A program made the position numbers and the translations under genes. A stretch of DNA of 64,000 nt from Vermamoeba vermiformis (taxonomy: Eukaryota). The stretch is taken from the NCBI GenBank assembly GCA_045837725.1, contig JBEWZL010000066.1, forward strand, positions 372,001 through 436,000, read 5' to 3'. The stretch's first letter is position 1. Every line of letters starts with the position of its first letter. A model generated the notes under the pieces. The model was given only the letters and a program-made list of their open reading frames with translations, did not search any database and had not been told where the DNA came from. Of this stretch, positions 33,775-44,414 are shown in pieces.

Positions 33775-36579
33775 ATGGCTCGCTTAACATGGTCGCTAAG
33801 TGGATCGCATATAGTACCAACAGCTCTATTATGTAAGTCATTATCTGTACTGAATTATGGGTGCCACTTTACGTCAAGTAGAAGTGGAAAATCACATCCC
33901 GATAATAGAACGAGAAGGATCCACATTAAACCCTCGCTTATATCACTAAAAACGTACTAAATATACATAAGTAATATATATTTATAATAAGAAATTAATA
34001 TTTGCAACAATTTTTATGCGTTGAGAATACCAATTCTTCGAGTTGCAAAGTTACAGTCGGAGTGGATCCGATAAATTGATTACGAAGTTGAAATATACTC
34101 GTGTACTTACTCTATATCATCTATAATTTACGTATATTATTATTTCTTATTGAAATTCAACTGTTCTATGACGAGGTCATACGAAAAAATTGCCTAAAAT
34201 TAGACAAATAATCCGCCCGAAGATTTTGTACCTCGTATTAACAATTATTGAACGGACAATATGCAAAAAGATATATATAATGCGATAGTAAATACATTTA
34301 TATAGGCGGTTGTTCTTAAATATCTGAGATTATTTTGTACAGACGAGGTTGGATCCAACAAACACAATACGCAATTTACTAATTTCCTTTTATAGGCATA
34401 ATCCTTGTTTCGGTGCCAGGTGTTCATACGAGTGGCGCGCTAATAATATGGGAGCCTAAATTGCTTCAGAATAATACACTACCGATTGAGCAGATCTTGT
34501 TTGGTAAGTTGAAAAAAAAAACAAAAATAATTGCTAAAAATAGACAATACGGCGAAATCGATCGCTAAAAGACACAATTTCATAATATAAGAAATCCGCA
34601 ACGATCACACAAAGAACTATTTTTACGAAATTGTAACGAGATCTGCTAAATTTATTGACATTTTGACACGTGTCACTGTCGTGCTCCGTGACGTGGCATA
34701 CGCGTGTGGCCGGATTAGTTTCATGAACGAGCTTCTTATTAATGAATTACTGAAGCAGATCCAAATCTCTGAAATTGAATTTTAACTATTTTAACTTACT
34801 CCGGTCTTATTTTAGTTTGCTGCACAATTACGCCACAGTTAAATGGCACGCTAGTATTATCAACGTCGTCGAATATAAAAGGAAATATCGTGCTAGCACC
34901 GCTCAGTAATCCGCCTAATCAAGCTGTGATGGATCTACAACAACAAGGCGCGATTGCTGTGGTCATGGAGGGCTTCCCAGACGCATGTAAGTCCGTTGGC
35001 TAATCTTTGCGAACATTTATTCGCTTATATTGCATCTATTTCCTTAATTAACGCTACAAATAGCTATTATAAGTTAAATTTTGAAAAGTTCTGTCGGATC
35101 CAGCGTTGATTAGTTTTTTTTTTCACGCCAAACGTGGCAATGATATTTTATTACGATCAATTATTATAACGCATATTATTAACTCTATTGCTATTCTTAT
35201 CAGTCGGCGTTGGAGAATTACAATCGATTCTCGCGATGAGCCCGACACCAACAATTCCGTTCTACAATCTTGGCGAATCAAATTACTTCGCGCTGTTTTC
35301 CGCGCTATCAAAAAACAGCTCGGAAGGTGTCAAAGTCACGTTAGTTGTCAAGGGTAAGTCTCGGAGGTACCTCCGATCTGCAAATAGAATTATTGCAAAG
35401 TTTCAATCAATCTTTTTTCTCTAAGCTTTACTTTATTAATGAGACTTCTATTTATAGATTTAAATCGATGGATCAACGATAGTGTTCTGCAAATGACACT
35501 TGCGCTGTTCATTTTTGACGGCGCAGGTTGTGTGGCAGTAGTCATTTTAGCGATAATTCAACTCGTCAAGTCGTGCAGGAAATTAGGGTTCATATTCAAT
35601 ATCCCACAAGCATCTTTTATTATTTTGATGGTCGCTGCTGTCGGTAAGTCATTGCAATCGTTTTTTTTTTGAATCAAAAAATAATTCGATTACTTTTTAG
35701 GCAATTTTTTCGTCACGCCGATGTTCTATGGCCCAATTAATCTGATGAATAGCAATGCTGTCACTTTTATGTCGACATTTGGCATACCTTTTGTTTTGAC
35801 AACAGCTCTTTTGATTGGATTTTTTTGGTGAGTCTGCATCCGAAACGAAATGTCAAAACTTGGACTAAGTCTTGCAATTTTGATATTAGGCATGAATCAT
35901 ATAGAGAACTTACTATCAACTTGAATATGAAGTTGCACCGAATGAAGCTTTTGGCGATCCTGCTCTCGGTCACTTGTTTCATTGTTCTTTTTGGCCTTGC
36001 TTTTACTCGAATGGCACTTAGAGCGACTATGCCCGATATATATTATTGGTTATTAGTGGCTAGCATTATATTTACTGCCGCTATTTGTCTACCTATCGCA
36101 GCTTTTTACCTCGCATCCGGAATCCGTATCAACAAGCTGATTTCTGCCAATATTAACACGGGCACCGATGGAAATCTCCCAAAAAGGTACGAGATTATAT
36201 TTAGATCGCGAAAGCGCTTGACTTTGCACATTTAATTTTTCCTTATTTGGAAAAATCGCTTAAAAATCGTTCGCTATTCGTTATTAATTAATTTTATTTA
36301 TTTTAGGCAACAGCTATAATGTTTACCTCTGCAGTGCTTCTATTAGTATTCGCTATTGTCATTCTTATCGGTCTTCATATCAACTTCATTCGGCCAGTTG
36401 GACTCGTTCTTTATATCTTCCTGATAGTTCTGTTCCAAAATGCATTATCTATAACATTCATATTCGGATTTAGCTATACTAAGCTGACTAGCAAATCTAA
36501 ACCAACGCATTACCAAATGGAATTAGCGGATCCTGGCAGTGTTGACCAAAGGCGATTAGGCGATGAAGCTACTGCCTAA
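33775..36579 (+). CDS. Signal peptide + PA-like domain + ~7TM membrane protein; distant paralog of 11538-13875
   Basis: In-phase exons 33775-33832, 34396-34503 and 34816-34986 give MARLTW…LLCIILVSVPGVHTSG…LNGTLVLS…IKGNIVL…LQQQGAIAVV. TM1/2 reads …KLGFIFNIPQASFIILMVAAVG versus …FYGPQFSIAQVTLCLLSISVAG in the paralog. Confidence 0.7.
34664..34675. promoter_or_regulatory. Intronic palindromic motif TGACACGTGTCA
   Basis: Exact 12-mer in intron 34504-34815. Confidence 0.5.
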
Positions 36580-36726
36580 AATGGGCAAAACGAAAGAATA
36601 TAATGTAATTTAAACGCGAATGTAAATAAATTAATTTATTAATAAACGTTGATAAATCAAAATATGAATAAACTTTTTCGCTACAAAATTGTCAAAGACT
36701 TATATAAGCACTATACTGCCATATAA

Positions 36727-37909
36727 TTAGGCACTAGCACTGAAAAATTTACCAGCAGCCACCTTCGACACAGAATTCACTGAAATTTTAACGGGGGTGA
36801 CTAGATCTTGTTGATCTCCATCACCGCATTGACCAGTAGCGTTTCCTCCAAAAGCCCAAACATTACCATCAGTATCCGCTATAAGTGAGTGCAATAGACC
36901 TCCAGAAACGTCCTTTGCAGTTTTGAAATTCGGCAATGCAAGCATGGTCGGGCAAAATTCGTCGAGTCTATCGCCGAGTGCCTAATTGACCGAATGTATT
37001 TGCACCCCAAACAAAGATATTGCCGTTGCTCATAATGGCCAATGAATGAGCCGCCCCTCCCGTGATTTTTACAATAGTGCCGAAGTTGTTCATGTTCGTG
37101 ATGTTGGCGCGCACAGGCAAATAAGTTGGCTGATCGGAGGCAGATCCGGTGCCTAACTGACCCACAGCGTTGTCTCCCCAAGCAAATAGCATCACACCCG
37201 AGCTAGGGGTGGGGACTGCGAATGAATGGTCCTCGCCGGTGCCTATTAAAGCAATAGCAGGTAAACCGTGGATTGGATTTGGTACGTTCGAGAAAGGTTC
37301 CTCGAAATTTCTTCCAGTGCCTAATTGACCCATAGAATTATCACCCCATGTGTATACTGTACCGTCATTAGTTAATGCCATTGAGTGTTGGTACCCTGCT
37401 ACGACTTGTACGATCACAAAGTTTTGATCGAAAAACGCGATCTTCTTCGGAGTAGGGATTATATTCTGATCCATATTATCTGCTACTTGACCGCGATAAT
37501 TCCAACCCCAAGCAAGCACTTTACCAGCATTAGTTTTAGCCAAAACATGACCTTGACCGCAGCTGATCGACGTGATTTTTTCTTTGGTCTTTACGAGCAC
37601 AGGTGATGCTTGATTAATACCAGAACCATCGCCTAATTGTCCAACTGTATTATCTCCCCAAGAGTACGCAGATCCAGATGTACCAACTGCAACACAAAAA
37701 TTCTCGCCACAACAAATATCTTGAATTTTTTCGTTCTTCATAATAGTGGCATTAATAGGGGAAGGCGTGGTAATTATTTTGCCAATTGTTGAACTTCCTG
37801 AGCCAAGTTCACCTGCCGAGTTGAATCCCCAAGTATGAACGCTGGCAGATGCGACAGAAATAATCGCAAGAAAAGCAAATAAAAATGCTAGCTTAAATTG
37901 TGCGTGCAT
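36727..37909 (-). CDS. Secreted RCC1/BLIP-II-type beta-propeller protein; one apparent +1 frameshift at ~36976
   Basis: Signal peptide MHAQFKLAFLFAFLAIISVASA; seven WGxNxxGQLG-type repeats, the last in the shifted frame ending at 36727. Intronless. Confidence 0.85.
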
Positions 37910-38388
37910 GGCTGTTGTGCTATTACGGTTAGACAAATCTGACAAAAACAACAAATTTTGTTCGCGAACACTATTTAGGGAGGAATATTTAGGCCAATAT
38001 TTAGTACCCGCGTTAACTAAAGGCATCACTATTAATATAGTTTGACGTAGTCTTGCTTTTGGTAGCAATTTCAGACTCAGATCAGATCGCGTGTTGAAAC
38101 AGGCAAATGGCACCATGTACAATAATGAAAAGGGTTTATTTACAATGCAGAACTCAATTTAAAGCATGGAATTCGTTCACATTTGCCGAGTGTTCCTATG
38201 ACTACCAGTACAAATGAACGAATCTGCTTGCAAGTTGAATAATCTGCGTGAGCTGCAACAGGGAAGGATAAATAATATTAACAAAATAAAAACGTGGATA
38301 TCTTGCTTAAAAGATACCTTACACGTTCAAAATTTGGATTCGGAAGCAAATCCGTTACGCGAGATCCGCTTTCAATAAGCAAGCTAGC

Positions 38389-40072
38389 TTATTGGAGTTC
38401 AGGCATAAGAGCCACACGCTCATATTCGCTTCTTGAGAACTTGGTCTTCAAAGCGTTCAACGGAGCTTTGTGGTACTTGACAATACTGGCGTGCAACTCG
38501 ACGGCAATAGGCTTGACTTCGTGCTCTTCCAGCTTAGTGTGGTGAGCAAGAGTAGGAGTCTGCATATAAGGCATTAATACTCAGCTTAAATAGAAGAAAA
38601 TTTTGGCCTGAAGGCAGATTCGCTACGAATTAAAAAAACTCGGGATTAATAAATTGAGTGCTTACCCATGCCAAAGACTCCTTCGTGATTATACGAGCAA
38701 GATAGAACGCAGCAGCGGCAATTTGAGAAGGAGTGAACTTGTGCATCTGAACGTCGAACAAAGAGAGCTCGAGAATGTAACGGCAGAGGCAGTAGGTCTT
38801 AAATTCAGTGCCAGAAGCCTTGTTGTATCGTCGCAAGAAGTGGATAGGCAAGGGCACGCTGATATTGAACTGCAAAGTGTTCAAGATCACGCCTTCCATT
38901 TCGAGCAGATCTTCCTTGGTGTAGGTACCGTCGCTCATATAGACAAAGTCATCGCAGCAAGGCGGGTACATCTCTTCGTACTTAGCGGCAATGAAAAGAG
39001 CGCCCTAAGATTGAAGTCAGTCATCATGTTTTCGTATTCTTCGGAATCCCAAATCCGGATTTCGGATTTGCTTCAAAAAGTTACTTACCATGCCAACGAG
39101 TTGCAAGTTGTTTCTAGATACTTGCTTCAGAGAAAGATATCGGTCGAGAATGTTAGCAGCAATGAAGAGCGTTTCAGTAAGCAATTGGAACTTGTGGTGA
39201 ACTTCAACGAACCAATCCAAGAGAACCAAACGCATCTTTTCTTTGATATCAATTTGTGCGCTCAAGAAGTTGGGCTGAACTCGGAATTGCAACTAAAGGG
39301 AAAGAGAGAATTAGATGAGAAATCTTGATCAGGTTAAAAATGAATCTCAACGACTTAGAATATCAAATAAACAAATTAACTATCGTGCATGTTGATTATG
39401 ATGTCAGTGTACGATGAAATTTAGAGTGGAATAATTTGTCGTAAATTGTTAAAACGGCTAGATGGACTTACCTCGCGCTTTCTCAGATAGTCGTAAATGT
39501 CTTCAACATATTCGGAGACTGCTCGTGGGTCATCAGCATCCCAGTAATCAATATCTACAACGTCCTCAGTTGAGCTTTCTTCAGAGCCGCTTTCTGAGCC
39601 ACTGTCGGATCGAAGATCTTCATCAATTGTCATTGGAGAGAAGTCAGAATAGCTGTTGCTAGTTGAGATACTTAATTGTCCAATATTTGGTAGAGGAAGA
39701 TCAGGCAATTTAGCAGCAGGCGCGACAGATTGAGTTACTCGGGATGTAACAAAAGTCATTTTTGGAAGCTGTTGTTGTTGAACGGGTGCGGGACCAATAA
39801 TTTGGTTGGGCTTGTTTACAGGCTGCTGCTTCAAGGCAGGTTTCTATAAATTATTAGTTAGAATTTCGAACGCTAATTAATTGCAAAGTCAAATCTACCT
39901 GCTGGCCAGCGTTCTGAGTGTTTGTAATGTTAGCCAAGGGTACTCCTGCTCTGCTAGTGGTGCCATTGACGGCCTTCTTAGCCTCTTGCTGCTTTTTAGC
40001 TGCCTCCAAGAAGTTCTCGTTGTGATGCAACGAGGAGAGCATGAAACTTTGAGATCTGGCTTGCAAAGTCAT
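38389..40072 (-). CDS. cycB: Mitotic cyclin (cyclin B type)
   Basis: DADDPRAVSEYVEDIYDYLR, MRLVLLDWFVEVHHKFQLLTETLF, LQLVGM…ALFIAAKYEEMYPP, PLPIHFLRR, PSQIAAAA; D-box-like PLANITN near the N-terminus. Confidence 0.93.
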
Positions 40073-40280
40073 ATTGGCTTATGAAATGAATTATTTGTGG
40101 TTAGCTCTTCGACATCGATCGCATAAAATGACGCTGGAGTAAATTTTGGCGTCGAACTGGTAATTTGTAACGGCTAGTCAGATTTTGAATACGAAAACAA
40201 AAAAGCGCGCGAAAGTTAAAAACGCATTTTTACATCTCTATTTTACAAAATTTACAAGCACTTACAATAATACATACGAA

Positions 40281-42578
40281 CTATGATAGTGACGTCGTGT
40301 TTTGAAGGTATTGATCGTTGTAGTACTGCGGATTCGGAGTTTGGGGATCGAGGAAGGATGAGTAATCCACATTAGGGTCTTCAAAAGCATTATAGGCGCC
40401 ATTATCGGCAGGGAGCTGCTGCTGTGTTACGTAGCCGTTGGGCGTCGGGGTCTGTTGCTGCTGGACGTAGTACTGGTTGGGAGCGGATTCGTACGCATAC
40501 TGCATCGAGCTGTCGTTCAGCGCCATATTGTTGAACTGTTCTAGCGGAGCCTCGGGTTCTTGTGCAGGTAGCTCTTGGATGGGACTGTCGTAAGGCTCAA
40601 TTTTGACAGCTGCAGGCTTGGCACGTGCAGGCATTGACTGCAATCTGATGATCTGCATGACGTAATGCGTCACTTGCGGGCAGTTAGGATGTTGCTTGTT
40701 TGCACCAAATATGGGCGTGCACGTCACAAGCACCGAGATTTCGCCACCGTCAGGACGTTTGAAGACCATTTCGTGCGCGTTTTCAGCGGGGATCATTGAG
40801 GAGTCAGGCGCAGAGATCTCGCTGATCAAGCTCGTGTAACATTCGTTGGCGTAGGGCAAGAAATACGTCGGGAACAAATCGAAGCAAGAGAACTTGCCGC
40901 TGTGCAGGAAGTCCTTGTACCGCACGATAGAGTTCTGATCCAGTTTGCAGTGATCGACGATCAAGTTTTCAAAGGCCGGGTTGCAATCCACTAACAAACG
41001 CGTGTTGAACGTCCAAATGGCTGTCGGGTATCCCGAATTCTTGTAGCTCTCGAAGATAGGCATGCGGTGAGGAAAGATGCCAGTGCGCGGCGAAGGGTTG
41101 TAGTAATTGCCGTTGTTGTTGTTGTACTGTCGCACTTGATCCGGTGAGCTGACGCGCATCAACTGGCCGTTCTGTTCATTAGCTTGTTGCTGTTCTTCCT
41201 CGCCTCTCCATGGTGGAGTAGTAGATCGAGGATAATAGCATTGGTTTTGTTGGGCTTGTTGAGGTGCGTATTTGATCTGCGTTTGAGGCTGGATGTAGCT
41301 GCCGTTGGTATACTCAGCTGAAGGCGAGTATTGCGTTGAGTAAGAACTTGATGCGTACTGTGAACCGTTTTCCATCGGCATCATGTTAATACTCGGAATA
41401 TTATTCGTAGGCGCGACCATCGTATCAGCCATTAACTGTTGTGTACCAGATGTGCTCACTAAATCGTTAAATTATTAGTTTGTCGTATTTAGTAGGCGAT
41501 ATTGAATAGGTGCGATATTTTCGGTTACCAACCAAGGATGAATAATCCCGACAAGTAACGAAGTTTTTCCGCAACGCAATGGTTCGATCTGCCAGTACTT
41601 ACTCGTAGGGTAAATATCTTGACTCGTGGGTTGTGGTTGGATAAAGCCAGCATCGTCAGTCCATCCTGCGTCGCCTGTAAACGAAATTAATAACTGGATT
41701 TTGGTTCAGTGAAATGGAAATGCGATCGGGCATTTGCTACGGCCGTTGAATTCACGTTAAAGTGAGTGAACTCATGGGCTAGTCAATACTTAGGTCATCC
41801 GACTATTTGTTTTGGATGGCGTTGGTATCGATGGAGCCGAATAAAGTAATTTCCAAAATGAATTTAATTTCTATTTTTCCGATGCTCGTGCGACTAAATG
41901 GACAGTAAATAATAGATAAAATATAATCACTCATGGTAGTTTCTTAGTATTGGCTAACACGCCGAAAATTATGGATGTCGCAACGCGAATCCAGGTTAAA
42001 TTTGGTAATAATTCTTGCGTATTGGCCACCGTAAGAACCGTAAATCTGAGATGTATGTATTTAATTCTGCTACTTATTGATGATAAGCAGATTTTTTCTG
42101 GCAGAAATTTGATTCTGGAATGATCCAAAATTAATTAATAAAAATTATTACCTTCTTCATCGTCTGAAGATGAATATCGTTTCTTTTTTCTGCTGCTAGT
42201 GCTAGAACTTATGTCTTCATGTTCATCGCTCTTTTTTGAACCAGCCGTTCTTCTTCGTCTGGGCAGATCTATACAAGATGCACCTAGATTGTTTTTAACG
42301 CATCGTTTGCATGGTCTAGTATCATCGCAGCACGCTATAAATTTTAATTAGTTAATCTGAACGTATTAAAGGAGATATTAAGGTTTCTTAATGGTTTGAT
42401 AAATTTCAGAACCTCGATAGAACGAGGTTAAATATGATGGTAATCCAATATGCGTGTTAATATTACCATGTGCTTTTCGACAATTAGTGCAAGCTAATCT
42501 GACTTGCGCTCGCTTTTTTTGCTTGGGTTTGCCTGGATGTGCATGCTGCAATCTATTATCTTTATGTTCGCTGGACAT
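40281..42578 (-). CDS. Zn(II)2Cys6 transcription factor with a C-terminal PAS-like domain (Ert1/Rds2/AcuK/AcuM-like architecture)
   Basis: Spliced ACTNCRKAHACCDDTRPCKRCVKNNLGASC; basic NLS; Q/N-rich region; PAS-like GYPTAIWTFNTRLLVDCNPAFENL…VFKRPDGGEISVLVTCTPIF. Confidence 0.85.
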
Positions 42579-42882
42579 TGTTACTGATTTGTGTTACTCA
42601 GCATGAGAGTGTGTTGGAAAAACAAAACACAACAAAAATTCATTTTTTGATTTGGCACGTTCATGAAAAAATGGCCCAAAAAATTTCCTAATTTATCCAT
42701 ACATCGCCTTTTATGGTAAAGTTTTTGTTGTCACGCCTCTCAACTACTTGATAACAATTAGGTTAATGTTGGAACACGACGTGAACGAACTAGCGGCTAC
42801 ATCCATTGGCATAGCCGATCTTTCTTAATTAGTTAGTTTTATCAAATATTAACACTAATAGACATTATAGAACGACAGTATA

Positions 42883-44296
42883 TTATAGTTCGTCCTTTTC
42901 TTTTGATTTGGCGTTATCAGCCGGTCCTTTATCGAAGGTTTTCGTGGTCCATTTCTTCTTTTTACCTAAAAATAGGCGCAGGTCAGCTCGCGAGCGTCAT
43001 ATTGGATATACGATCTATATTAGTATTGCTCATGTCGAGATACGCCTTATTAAGGAATTTAAACCAGAAATAAAGATTCGAAAACTGGCAAAAGTTCGGT
43101 ACACGATGGATTTGCTCCGTTTAACCGAAAAGAAAGAAGACGTTTAAGACGCACCTTTGGACTTGTCGCCGGTAGAAATACCCAAATCGAATTGAGGCAC
43201 GTGGCATTGATGGTCAGGACATTTACAGTTCTCATCTGGAGGCAATTTGGTCATAGTACCCCTGAAGCAGAATCCCTCTTCGGCTGTTTTGTCCTTGCAG
43301 AACTGCTCGGCAGTCAAGGTCTTATGGTCGTTCAAATAGAACGCCTTACCTATTTTAAGAACAGTCGTTAACAAATTTTTTAGCCGTGGATGTGGAGCGA
43401 ACTCCACAAAGTGCCAATAACTAAATTAAATGGATTCTTTCATGGATTTGTATATTGATGCTATAATTACCGAAATAATCGAATGGAATGTCCTTGCACG
43501 TCTCGAAAATTTGGCGACAGTAATCCTCGCAGAATCTGATACTAGCGTGCTTTCCAACGTAAAAATCGCCTATAATATTAACATATCAATATATTAATTA
43601 CGAGTCATGTCATTAATAGCTCGACGAAACGTTTGAGAAGCTTGGATTAGATCTCGTTACGTGGATCCAAACCAATTTGCTCGTGCATATTCAGAAGGTA
43701 TACATGATTATAAACATAAACTCTATTCTTACCTCCTTTAGGATGGCATTCAGCACACTTCCATTCCTGCACTAATTTATAGCAGCTTGGACATTCACCA
43801 CGCATCAGTTCTTTGACTGACTTGTCAATCTTCTTAACGGTGCTTACGTCGCAGCAACTGAGTGACTGGTACTCTTTGCACGTAGGAAATGTCTCCAGCG
43901 GCTACAAGATAAGAATATTAGGCCATTGCAATCCGTTGCTTCGATCGAAATTTCTCTTGGTGACGTCATTATTGAACCATTGAAAATTAAATTATATTAC
44001 GCAGTATTAATATTGCCGTTATAAATATGGCCACTAATATTTAAATAAAAATTTGCGAGCGCTTAACGAGATCGCCCGTATCTTTTTAACGACAAGCTTC
44101 AATTAATCTTGAATATTGTAACAATATTTAAATATACTATTTGACTTACAATTGTGGGTTCAGGATTCTTTGAGTCCTCAGGACAAGAAGGTTTTGGTTT
44201 CCACTCATAATCCGGTTGCTTTTGATCTGTGGCTCGCACGGAAAGCAAAACCCAGCAGCAAATATATAATACAATAATACGCGATATATATGACAT
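42883..44296 (-). CDS. Folate-receptor-family (Cys-rich) protein with signal peptide and C-terminal KDEL
   Basis: CKEYQSLSCC, CPSCYKLVQEWKCAECHP, FCEDYCRQIFETCKD, AEQFC…CF. The last exon (~42966-42883) ends KEKDEL-stop. Confidence 0.75.
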
Positions 44297-44414
44297 TATG
44301 GGTCACGTTGTACTTCGTGCAGAGAATGAAAAAAATGGCGTAAAACAGAGCGAGCAAATTTTTGTTATTCAAGAAACGTTTTACTTGCAGTATAACACAT
44401 GTATTGATATAAAT

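Noticed and set aside
8283-36976. Euplotes-style +1 programmed frameshifting at stop codons
   Set aside because: Paralog alignment places the indels upstream of the stops (e.g. 8301), and no AAA-TAR or other shared motif is present.
38654-39328. 224-aa ORF on the + strand
   Set aside because: Antisense shadow of cyclin B with no recognisable motifs.
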